Source of the DNA: Opitutales bacterium
Lineage (GTDB): Bacteria > Verrucomicrobiota > Verrucomicrobiia > Opitutales > UBA2987
DNA: 64,000 nt
Direction of reading: 5' to 3'
Assembly: GCA_965226885.1 (NCBI GenBank)
Contig: CBDDEL010000013.1
Span: 32,001 to 96,000, forward strand
The notes under the pieces were generated by a model. It worked only from the letters and a program-made list of their open reading frames with translations, did not search any database and was not told the origin of the DNA. A program made the translations under genes and the position numbers. This document shows, one piece after another, positions 23,701 through 32,944 of the stretch. Position 1 is the stretch's first letter. Every line of letters begins with the position of its first letter.

Positions 23701-23798
23701 TTAGAAGGAGCAAGATTCGCCCGAAATATCCAGAGATAACGGATTTATTGATACATTATCATTACATCGAAATTCCGTTTGAAACAGAAAAATGTAAC

Positions 23799-24101
23799 AT
23801 GTCCAAAATAAAGCATATCGTCCTGATTGAATTTAAACCCGAAGTAAGCACGGAGCAAATCGAAGATTTTTTCTCTCTGATAAAGGAATTGGAGAACCAC
23901 ATTCCGGGTCTTCTCGATTATTGCGGAGGGTCATATTTCAGTCCCGAAGGTTTTAATCGCGGATTTACACACGGATTCATAATGACATTTAAAGATTCTT
24001 CGGCACGGGACGAATACCTTGTGCATCCTGAACATAAAGCGGCTGCCGAAACCATGATACCCCTATTGCAAAATAGCGTAGCTTTCGATTTTCAGGCCTG
24101 A
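23799..24101 (+). CDS. Dabb (stress-responsive A/B barrel) family protein
   Basis: 'IKHIVL..FK', 'IPG', 'GFTHGFIMTF......D.YL.HPEH'. Confidence 0.88.
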   Translation: MSKIKHIVLIEFKPEVSTEQIEDFFSLIKELENHIPGLLDYCGGSYFSPEGFNRGFTHGFIMTFKDSSARDEYLVHPEHKAAAETMIPLLQNSVAFDFQA

Positions 24102-24234
24102 ACTGGAGAATGTGGTTTTTGGGGATCTGTATTAATTTAGAAATCAATGTTATGGTGATAATTTTATATCTTTGTATTTCTGTAGTAAACTCCTGATTTG
24201 TTTATCGTTTTAAGATAGGCGCTAACGCATTACA

Positions 24235-25314
24235 ATGGATCGACAAAACAAGGGCTGGCTTCACTCGGTCGGGAGCCTTTTAAGTCGGAAGATACGACAT
24301 ACGATCAAAACCTTTGCGTGTTACCGGAGAGCGCATGTGTCGTATGCGCCCCACAATGCGTTGTTGCGAGAGCATGAAAGTCGTATCTTGATCGCCCGGC
24401 ATCCTAGCGATCACTACGATTTCAATGAGCATTTCCTGCAATGGGTTCGGTCCACCCGCCCGGAGATTGCCTCGCGGATGCAGTTGTGCCGGTTGCCTGC
24501 CTGGGGAATCGACTGGGATCGCGTCGCTCTCTTTGTCCCGTGGTTCCAGGATCCCCTCAAGGAGGCTTTTCCTTTAGATTATTATTTCGCCATGAGGATG
24601 CAACGAAAGTGTCGCGAGCGCGGAATCACGATTGTCAACCCGTTGGAGACGCTGTCGAATTCGATAAAATCGGTCGCTCTGCCCATCATGGGCAAACTTG
24701 GCATCCGAACCGCCAGAATCGTGCGAATCACAGATCGAAAGGCGTTTCTTTCCTCCTTCGGCGGCCTCACCCCTCCATTCTTTATTCGGGATGATTGGGT
24801 ACAATCGGGCTCTTCCTTTTTGGTTTGCCAGGAGGAAGATATCCGTCGGGTAAATTGGCAAGTCTACTCGCACCCGGTGGCCGTTGAGTATATCGACGTG
24901 CAAAGCGAAGACGGGCTCTATCGAAAGTACCGTTACGTCCTTTTCGGCAATGAAGGAGCCCCCCGCCACCTCTTCTTATCTCCTAATTGGATCGTTCGCG
25001 GTAAAAATAAAGTACATCCCGCCCACACTCGCCAGGAGGAAGCCGACTATGTCGAAAACTCCGATCCCAACCACGATATCCTGAACCGGGCGCGAAAGGC
25101 TCTCGGATTTGATTTCGTCGCCTTTGACTACAGTTATGACAGGAGCGGCCAGCTCGTCGTCTGGGAACCGAATCCGTTTCCCCTCATCACGCCGATATTA
25201 AATGGCTCGCAGCTTTGCGATTACGAATCCGCGACCATGGGACGACTCTTCCAGGGCATTCTCGACTCCTATGTGCGAACTGCGGGATTTGTCTCGGACA
25301 CGGTCAATAAATGA
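24235..25314 (+). CDS. ATP-grasp-fold protein of unknown function
   Basis: 'VEYID', 'YRKYRYVLFG' and 'LGFDFVAFDY..D..G.LVVWEPNP' resemble the ATP-grasp C-terminal motifs. Confidence 0.6.
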   Translation: MDRQNKGWLHSVGSLLSRKIRHTIKTFACYRRAHVSYAPHNALLREHESRILIARHPSDHYDFNEHFLQWVRSTRPEIASRMQLCRLPAWGIDWDRVALFVPWFQDPLKEAFPLDYYFAMRMQRKCRERGITIVNPLETLSNSIKSVALPIMGKLGIRTARIVRITDRKAFLSSFGGLTPPFFIRDDWVQSGSSFLVCQEEDIRRVNWQVYSHPVAVEYIDVQSEDGLYRKYRYVLFGNEGAPRHLFLSPNWIVRGKNKVHPAHTRQEEADYVENSDPNHDILNRARKALGFDFVAFDYSYDRSGQLVVWEPNPFPLITPILNGSQLCDYESATMGRLFQGILDSYVRTAGFVSDTVNK

Positions 25315-25361
25315 TAAATTACGAATTATAAAATAGCTTCAATCCCTATTGCTAATTATAA

Positions 25362-26099
25362 TTAATAAAAGACTTTTTGCAGGCACAATCCACGTGCGGG
25401 CGCGGTGACAACCCAAGTGGTTCGTTTTCGCGATTTTAGTATTCGTTGCACCTCGGCCGGTGAATGTTTGCCTATGCCTACCTCGACTAGGGTACCGACG
25501 AGACTGCGGACCATTTTGTAGAGGTAACCGCTCGCTTCGGCTGTTATGCGGATGCGGCGGCCCCGGCGAGTGATTTGCAAACGCCGGACGTCTTTAACCG
25601 GGTTTTCTGTGGAATCATCGCCTGTGGCGGCTCCGAAGGCGGAAAAATCATGCCTTCCCAAAAGGTGCGGGGCGGCCCTATTCATGCGATCGAGATCCAA
25701 TTTCCGCCGCCCCAGAGACCAGTAGAAGCGGGTTTCCATGGGCGGGGAAAACCCTTCGCAGAGGTGGTAAACATAACGTTTTCCGGTGGCGGAATGGCGG
25801 GCGTGAAATTTATTTGGAACCCTCCTGACGGCGGTTACCTGGATGCTTTCCGGCAGTCCGCTACGCAGGGCGTTGAGCAAATCGGTGCGGGGATTCTTCC
25901 ACGATCCGTCGAAATGAAAAACCTGGCCCTTGGCATGGACGCCGCTGTCGGTGCGCCCGCTGCCGTGGATGCGTATGGGTTGGCCGCAAAGAATTTTCAA
26001 ACGGTTTTCGAGAATATCCTGGATGGTGTTGCCGCCGGGTTGGCTCTGCCATCCGTAAAAGCCCGTTCCATCGTAAGCCACTGTGCATTTCCATCGCAT
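25362..26099 (-). CDS. truA: tRNA pseudouridine(38-40) synthase
   Basis: YDGT.F.GWQ.Q, GSGRTDSGVHA.GQV, FHAR, G.HDFSAF, LYKMVR, TAPA.GL.L. Confidence 0.96.
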   Translation of the reverse strand: MRWKCTVAYDGTGFYGWQSQPGGNTIQDILENRLKILCGQPIRIHGSGRTDSGVHAKGQVFHFDGSWKNPRTDLLNALRSGLPESIQVTAVRRVPNKFHARHSATGKRYVYHLCEGFSPPMETRFYWSLGRRKLDLDRMNRAAPHLLGRHDFSAFGAATGDDSTENPVKDVRRLQITRRGRRIRITAEASGYLYKMVRSLVGTLVEVGIGKHSPAEVQRILKSRKRTTWVVTAPARGLCLQKVFY

Positions 26100-26174
26100 T
26101 TGATCGGTTCCAATTTGGGGAAAATGGAGCGAAAAGGTCAAGGCGCATAAGGGTTTGCCGATAAAATCTGTTTA

Positions 26175-26448
26175 GAATCTATCTCAAAAACGAAGATGAC
26201 GATGCAGAGAGCTATTATATGTTTTGAGCAAGGCGCGTCGGTACATGCTGGGCTGGAAGCCCTGCCGCCCCGACGGAACGCCGCTCAAACTCATAAAAGC
26301 CTCTGTCCGAAGGATTTGTGCGGCACGGTAGCACCTGCGGCGTTGGTTCGCGCCAGAGAGGCTCCCAGTCCATCTTGGCGCGAAGCCGCCTGGCATCTGC
26401 CACTGTGGCGCTACAAACATTATTCATCTGCGATTTTGAGACAGGTTC
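26175..26448. mobile_element. Putative non-autonomous MITE (~274 bp)
   Basis: Terminal inverted repeats GAATCTATCTCAAAAACGAAGATGA / GAACCTGTCTCAAAATCGCAGATGA (21/25 identical); TTA on both flanks; long internal hairpin at ~26314-26417. Confidence 0.7.
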
Positions 26449-26458
26449 TTAAGACTCA

Positions 26459-28274
26459 ATGCCCTTTCGAGTGAATCGCTTAATCGCTATAAAAAACGTT
26501 TGCGCCTGGCCCAACCTGGTGGCTCTGCCGGGCGGAGAATTGCTGGCCATTATCTTCAATCAACCAAGCCATGGGCTGGATGCGGGGAGCCTGGAATGTT
26601 GGCACAGCCTCGATGGGGGGAAGGCTTGGGTCAGAAAAGGGGTTGCCGCTCCCCATGAAGGGGGCAAAAACCGCATGCATTGCGCGTTCGGGTTAGACAG
26701 AAATGAAAATCCGATCGTCTTGTCCACTGGATTTGAACTGGTCAACGGAAAATTGGGACATTTGGGTAGTGTATTAAGTAGGAATGGTGGCTAATTCTTG
26801 ATTATATTGATGAATGAAAAGTCTCAGACAGGTTTCATGCATACTCTTAAGCTTGGAAAAGGAGAGGGTTTTGCGTGTGAAACGACCCAGTCGTTGGCGC
26901 AGGGTATTGTTCCATCGTTCCACATGGGCCGTTTCACCGGTTTCTTTTCCCACGGATCGGTTATGAGGAAAGACTTCATCATAAGTGCTCCAAAAGTCGC
27001 TGTAGGTGGCACTTCTTTTGTAGGCCCGTGGCAGACGCTCGTAAAGTTCCCGGCAACGATACCAATCCCGAGGCCCAATGGCATAGGAGAGGATTTGACG
27101 GGTGCGTCGGCAAAGAGCGATCCAAACCCATTGGGCATCGCTCTTGCGCCCCACAAAAGACCACAGTTCGTCCAGTTCAATGACATCATGGCGGCGGGCC
27201 GCAAGAATCGTGCTTTTGAGCGGTCGCAGCGATTGTCGTTTTTTTTAACCAACTCAAAACGGTGTTGGGACTCACCCCGAAGGCGCGCTGTAAACCGCGT
27301 AGACTGCTGCGTTCCTGATAGACTCGAAGGATCATTTCTTTTTGCTCTTCGGTGTATTTCACTGTGGGGTTTTCGCGGCTTTGTTTACCACAATCATGGC
27401 AGCGGTAGCGCTGTTTATGGTTGGGCGTCTTGCCAAATTTAATGATATTTTCACTTCCACAGTGCCGACAATTAATAATTTTAGTAACCATGCACTAAGA
27501 ATAAACTGCCTAACGCTATTTGTACAGCTAAAAATACAAAATAACATTCTTTTTTTATACACTACCGGACATTTGCAGGGCATGTGGTTTTCGCGGTCGA
27601 TGGACGAAGGACGGACCTGGACCATCAACAAAACTCCCGGATTGCCGGGTGGGCAACCTTTGATGATCCCCTACGGAAAGATTATCTGCCATCGCGAGGA
27701 TGGAAAGCTGAACGCGGCAGCCTATTTGAGCGAAGGTATGGGCCGCCTTAGCCGTACCTGGTTTTTGCAGAGCGACGATGGCGGAGACAGCTGGAGCATT
27801 CTCTCGCAAATCGGGAATGGAGACACCAATGAAACTGCGCTATTGAGGTTGTCCGATGGCCAATGTCTGGCTGCCGCCCGAACCCATGTCGATCACCATG
27901 TGGAGCTTTACCGCAGCGATGATGGGGGAAATTCCTGGTCGCAGTCCGGGCCGCTCACCCTGCCCAGGCAGCATCCGGCGGACCTTCTGCTCCTTCCTGA
28001 CGGCGTGATTTTGCTGACTTATGGCCTACGCAATCGGGGACTTTTTGGGATCGGCGGGCGCATCAGTGAAAACCAGGGAGCAACCTGGAGCGCGCCATTT
28101 GTCATGACCCAATTCGGCGAAGGGGCCGACTGTGGCTACCCCTCAAGTATCCACACGAAGGACGGAACCCTGGTGACAGCTTATTATTCGGACCGAATTG
28201 AGGGCTACAGCGGCTATCACATGGGCATCCTGCGGTGGCGGTCGGAAGAATCTACCAGGCCCCGGCAGTTTTGA
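26459..28274 (+). pseudogene. BNR/Asp-box (sialidase-like) beta-propeller protein interrupted by IS1
   Basis: Asp boxes SLDGGKAW, SMDEGRTW, SDDGGDSW, SDDGGNSW, SENQGATW and 'DCGYPS'. Removing the IS plus one TSD restores a 335-codon frame. Confidence 0.87.
26765..27566 (-). mobile_element. IS1-family type A, copy 3
   Basis: 802 bp; 9-bp TSD GGACATTTG. Confidence 0.96.
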
Positions 28275-28322
28275 GTGAATGGATACAGGATAATTTGGCC
28301 TATTGTTTCAAAATATAAATAT

Positions 28323-29124
28323 GGTAGTGTATAAAAAAAGAATGTTATTTTGTATTTTTAGCTGTACAAATAGCGTTAGGCAGTTTATTTTTAGTGCATG
28401 GTTACTAAAATTATTAATTGTCGGCACTGTGGAAGTGAAAATATCATTAAATTTGGCAAGACGCCCAACCATAAACAGCGCTACCGCTGCCATGATTGTG
28501 GTAAACAAAGCCGCGAAAACCCCACAGTGAAATACACCGAAGAGCAAAAAGAAATGATCCTTCGAGTCTATCAGGAACGCAGCAGTCTACGCGGTTTACA
28601 GCGCGCCTTCGGGGTGAGTCCCAACACCGTTTTGAGTTGGTTAAAAAAAACGACAATCGCTGCGACCGCTCAAAAGCACGATTCTTGCGGCCCGCCGCCA
28701 TGATGTCATTGAACTGGACGAACTGTGGTCTTTTGTGGGGCGCAAGAGCGATGCCCAATGGGTTTGGATCGCTCTTTGCCGACGCACCCGTCAAATCCTC
28801 TCCTATGCCATTGGGCCTCGGGATTGGTATCGTTGCCGGGAACTTTACGAGCGTCTGCCACGGGCCTACAAAAGAAGTGCCACCTACAGCGACTTTTGGA
28901 GCACTTATGATGAAGTCTTTCCTCATAACCGATCCGTGGGAAAAGAAACCGGTGAAACGGCCCATGTGGAACGATGGAACAATACCCTGCGCCAACGACT
29001 GGGTCGTTTCACACGCAAAACCCTCTCCTTTTCCAAGCTTAAGAGTATGCATGAAACCTGTCTGAGACTTTTCATTCATCAATATAATCAAGAATTAGCC
29101 ACCATTCCTACTTAATACACTACC
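28323..29124 (+). mobile_element. IS1-family type A, copy 4 (no TSD)
   Basis: 802 bp; flanks ATAAATAT and AAAAAATC do not match. Confidence 0.95.
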
Positions 29125-29741
29125 AAAAAATCGTTCAGCCAGCATGGCATCCAAATTTCCGCAATGTTGAAACATTGCCGGACATTAAAGCCATCAGGAC
29201 CGATTTCGTTATTAATTGGGGAGTGGTTCTAGTGGCTGTGGCATTGTTGATGTTTTTCCTCAAAAACGAATTTTCCGCTCTTTCGGTCGGGCGAAACATA
29301 AAGGATTTCGAGACGAAAATCAGCGAAAACACCGCCGCCAACAACAATAACTTAAAGTTGAGCGGCGAGTTCGGAACCCTTTCCAAGGAAATAACCGAAG
29401 TCGAAGCTTTTATGGACGTTCCCATCAAACCCTCCGACTTTCTCCTCAATTTTACAGAAATCAAACCGGTGGGGATGCTGCTGAAAACGATCAGTTACGA
29501 CTCCCAAAACATCATACTAGGCAACCGCAAGACGGCTCCGGGTAAAACCATCGGCATTCGAGGCTCGATTAGCGGCTCGCCAGCCGAAGTCACGCAATTG
29601 GTAACCGAATTTGTGGAAACCCTCAAAAATCTGGAGATGATTAAGGAAAGCCTTCATAAAGTGGAGCTGCAATCGCTCATTCGCGATGAAGCCTTGGGGC
29701 TTTTCAACTACTTTATTCGCATCGAGTTGGTGCCGCCGTAA
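29125..29741 (+). pseudogene. PilN-like inner-membrane platform protein, 5' end removed at the IS1 boundary
   Basis: Frame is open back to the IS end (KIVQPAWHPNFRNVETLPDIK) with no ATG start. Single TM helix, coiled coil, then a ferredoxin-like beta pattern. Sits before the PilO-like and secretin genes. Confidence 0.6.
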
Positions 29742-29746
29742 AAGAA

Positions 29747-30319
29747 ATGAATACCCAAGCCATCCTCGCCAAGATAAAACAATACCCACTTGCAGTGGGA
29801 GGTCTTGTCTTTATAGTGATTGTCGGAGCAGGTTATTTCTTGCGCAAATCGCATGTTCCCGAACTGGAGGGGAAACGTGAGATTCTGGAGGCCCAATGGG
29901 AGGCCATGACGTCCAATACGACCGAGTCTACAGACGTTACCGGGCAAGTGGAGAAAATTAATGAATACAGTAAAGAGATAAATTCCCGCCTCATGGTGCG
30001 CGCAACGAAAGCCGTCAATCAGCAATATTTTTATGGTTTGGAGGAGCAAACCGGCATTTCCCTGACTCTCCTCTCGCAATCGGACACCCCGCCGCCGCCG
30101 CGAGCTCCGCCGGGCAAACCCAACCTTACCCTCTACGCTCCCATCGCGTATTCGGTCGGTATTTCCGGAACCTTTCACCAGGTCCTTGATTTTCTCAGTC
30201 GGCTCGAACATGGCCAATACTTCACCCGCATTGAAGGGTTTTCCTGCAATTCCATTGGTAAAGACGAAGCCGATGCGGTCCAGATCAGCCTTAAAATGGA
30301 TATCCTGGGAGTGAAATAA
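29747..30319 (+). CDS. PilO/GspM-like protein
   Basis: N-terminal TM and coiled coil; 'Y.V.ISGTFHQVLDFLSRLE.....RI' is typical of the PilO C-terminal domain. Confidence 0.7.
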   Translation: MNTQAILAKIKQYPLAVGGLVFIVIVGAGYFLRKSHVPELEGKREILEAQWEAMTSNTTESTDVTGQVEKINEYSKEINSRLMVRATKAVNQQYFYGLEEQTGISLTLLSQSDTPPPPRAPPGKPNLTLYAPIAYSVGISGTFHQVLDFLSRLEHGQYFTRIEGFSCNSIGKDEADAVQISLKMDILGVK

Positions 30320-30332
30320 AAATAAGAATAAG

Positions 30333-30935
30333 ATGAAAAATCCTCCATTTTCAGGCAAAAGCTCTTTTTTGTCCAAAGCCGCAGCCACGTCTACGGCGGG
30401 ATTCATTTTTCTGGGCTTGTGCGGGTCCCCGCTCCTCATTGGGCAGGATGAGCCACCCCGGCTTGTATTGCCCAAAAAAAACCGGGAGGAAGTTCTGGAG
30501 AAAGCCGAAAATATACTGCACTCGGAAAATCCGGGGTTTCTGACTGCCCTGCTAACGATGCACAGTCCCTTTCTCCCTCCCCAGGAAGAAGTAGTTGAAG
30601 TAGTGGAAGAGACTCCGCAAGGGCTCAAAGTAGTAGCCAAACCGAAAGCCCCGAAAGCCCCGCCGAAGATTCCCGATGCGGACATTTTACGATATGTGGC
30701 CGACCGGCTCAACCCCAAGGGCAGCCTGGTCACGAGCAGAAGAAGCCTCCTCCTCTTTTCCAACGGGGGGAAACTATCAGTGGGCGGCTCCATACCCACG
30801 ACGGTCCGGGGGAAGGCCTACAATATCATTGTGGCCGCCATCACTCCAAACGATTACACCCTCCGCCTGAACGAGGCCCGAATTACTCGGTCCTTTAAAA
30901 TCACCAGCTCGAAAGGCGCCGTCAGTAAAGATTAG
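30333..30935 (+). CDS. Hypothetical exported protein in the PilP/GspC position
   Basis: Hydrophobic N-terminal segment, Pro/Lys linker and small beta-rich C-domain; lies between the PilO-like gene and the secretin. Confidence 0.5.
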   Translation: MKNPPFSGKSSFLSKAAATSTAGFIFLGLCGSPLLIGQDEPPRLVLPKKNREEVLEKAENILHSENPGFLTALLTMHSPFLPPQEEVVEVVEETPQGLKVVAKPKAPKAPPKIPDADILRYVADRLNPKGSLVTSRRSLLLFSNGGKLSVGGSIPTTVRGKAYNIIVAAITPNDYTLRLNEARITRSFKITSSKGAVSKD

Positions 30936-30953
30936 TGATATTGTTGTGCCGCC

Positions 30954-30982
30954 TTGCCAAATGACAAATAATTCTATAAATT
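30954..30982 (+). promoter_or_regulatory. Possible sigma70 promoter for the secretin gene
   Basis: TTGCCA-17 bp-TAAATT in an AT-rich spacer; AGAAAGG RBS-like sequence at 31021. Confidence 0.3.
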
Positions 30983-31035
30983 CTAACCGCCTTCTTTTTG
31001 ATATTTCAATTTAACCACTAAGAAAGGCACGAACT

Positions 31036-32922
31036 ATGATTCGCCCTACATTCAATATTCCCCTAATACTTCTACTCTCCACCATCGTGGCTTGGGGACA
31101 GGAGCCGCCCGAGGTCGAAGAACCTGAGACTCTCGGTTCCGATGAAATCCAAATTATGACGCCGGGTCCACAGGCGTCGGTAATGCCGCCACCGCCGGTG
31201 TCAAGTTCTCCCGAGATGAATTTTGCTCCACCCCCCGGCGAAGTGGATTACACCGCTCCCACCGAGGAGGCAAGAGAGGCCGAGCTAACCCTTGACGAGG
31301 AAACCATCTCGGTGGATTTCCCCGATGAGGAAGTGCGAGTCATCATCAGCAATGTAGCCGATCTTTATGACCTTAACGTGGTCATACCCGACACTCTGGT
31401 GGGCAGCACGACCCTCAAACTGCGCAATGTTTCTTGGCGACAGGTATTCGAGGTAGTGCTGGAACCATTGGGTTTCAGCTTTGTGGAGGACCGCAACATC
31501 ATCAAAATCCGCAGCAATCTCGATCTGGAGCAGGAAAAACCGGATACACGAGTATTCATCGTTAATTTCGCCAATGCCTCCGAAATCCAAAGTTCGATCG
31601 CCCCGCTCATCGGGGAGGGGGGCCGGATACAGGTGGACTCCCGCAGCAACGCCCTCGTCATTACCTCGAGGCCTACCCGGATGAACCGCATCCAGGAAAT
31701 CATCGAGCGGCTGGACCGGCCCACCGCACAGGTGATGATTGAAACAAAATTTGTCGAGGTGACCAACAGGGACAGCGTCAACCTGGGCGTGAACTGGTCC
31801 TCCCTCAACTCCTACCAACTCACTGCCGGCCCCTTTCAGCGTGACTACAATCGTGATATAAACCAGACCGCCCTCGGCAACGACGATAACACATCCATCA
31901 CCACTACCGACAACCTCTCGGACAATACGACCAATTTCACATCCAACATCCCGGTGCCCGGATCGCCCAACAGCATCACCGACATCACCAACAACTCCTC
32001 CACCAACACCATCGGCAATAATATACTCACCCGGGCCGCCTCGGTGCTCAATAGCGCCACCCAGGGCCGTATCGATACGGCCGTTTTCTCGGCTCCCGCA
32101 TTTAGTATCGTGCTCAGCGCCCTGGAGTCCCTGAGCGATACCCAGCTGATTTCCAATCCCACCGTGGTGACGCTGAACAACACACCGGCCACGATCAACA
32201 TCGGTGAGGAATTCCCCATACCTGATTACAATTACAATGAGGAGCGCGGCACCTTCGAGGTCAGCGGATTCACCTTCAAAGCCATCGGCATCCTCCTGAG
32301 AGTTACCCCGCATGTGAATAGCGCTGGTTTTATCGACCTCAACATCAGGCCGGAGGTTAGCAGCCGGGCCGGCACGGTTAATTTCGGCGGCGCTGCCGGC
32401 ACGGTTAATTTCGGCGGCGCTGCCGGGGCGGAAATCCCCATTATTACGACGCGCAAGACGGAGAGCACCATAACGATCAAGGACGGCTATACCCTGGCCA
32501 TCGGTGGTTTGATCGAAAAAACGGTGCAAAACAGCCGCAACCAAGTACCCCTTCTGGGTAATATCCCAGGATTGGGCAAGCTGTTCCGCAGCCGGAGCGA
32601 CAGCGAAGACCGCCGCAACCTGATTATTTTTGTCACTGCCAAAACCCTCAACCCGGACGGGAGCACCTATAAAGACATATTTTCACCAAAAGCCCTGCAC
32701 CAAATGGGTATCAAGAGTTCCGAATTGCCCGGAGCGGAAATCTCGGAGGAATCGGCCCGGCTTTACAAAGAGGTGCAAGCGATTCGCGATAATTTGGATT
32801 CCTTGAAAACCGAATCCAAATTACGCCAACAACTGGAAGCCATTCGATCAAGCCAGAGCAAAGGTAAATATAAAGACGATTCTGATGAACGGCCGAACAA
32901 GAAAAAGAGATTAGACTGGTAA
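31036..32922 (+). CDS. Outer-membrane secretin (PilQ/GspD family)
   Basis: Signal peptide; N domains ('VDSRSNALVIT', 'LDRP..QVMIE.KFVEV'); secretin motifs 'ISNPTVVTLNN..A.I.IG', 'IGGLI', 'VPLLG.IP.LG.LFR', 'LIIFVTA'. Contains an in-frame 9-aa duplication. Confidence 0.93.
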   Translation: MIRPTFNIPLILLLSTIVAWGQEPPEVEEPETLGSDEIQIMTPGPQASVMPPPPVSSSPEMNFAPPPGEVDYTAPTEEAREAELTLDEETISVDFPDEEVRVIISNVADLYDLNVVIPDTLVGSTTLKLRNVSWRQVFEVVLEPLGFSFVEDRNIIKIRSNLDLEQEKPDTRVFIVNFANASEIQSSIAPLIGEGGRIQVDSRSNALVITSRPTRMNRIQEIIERLDRPTAQVMIETKFVEVTNRDSVNLGVNWSSLNSYQLTAGPFQRDYNRDINQTALGNDDNTSITTTDNLSDNTTNFTSNIPVPGSPNSITDITNNSSTNTIGNNILTRAASVLNSATQGRIDTAVFSAPAFSIVLSALESLSDTQLISNPTVVTLNNTPATINIGEEFPIPDYNYNEERGTFEVSGFTFKAIGILLRVTPHVNSAGFIDLNIRPEVSSRAGTVNFGGAAGTVNFGGAAGAEIPIITTRKTESTITIKDGYTLAIGGLIEKTVQNSRNQVPLLGNIPGLGKLFRSRSDSEDRRNLIIFVTAKTLNPDGSTYKDIFSPKALHQMGIKSSELPGAEISEESARLYKEVQAIRDNLDSLKTESKLRQQLEAIRSSQSKGKYKDDSDERPNKKKRLDW

Positions 32923-32944
32923 GTTAATCATTTTTTCTCGACCT

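Noticed and set aside
17394..23704. Possible CRISPR-like or integron-like array
   Set aside because: The units are whole IS copies with 4-bp spacers; there are no short repeats with unique spacers, cas genes or integrase.
29708..32544. Long antisense ORFs (29708-30799, 31285-32544) and similar shadow ORFs
   Set aside because: They lie opposite well-supported genes and have no recognisable motifs.
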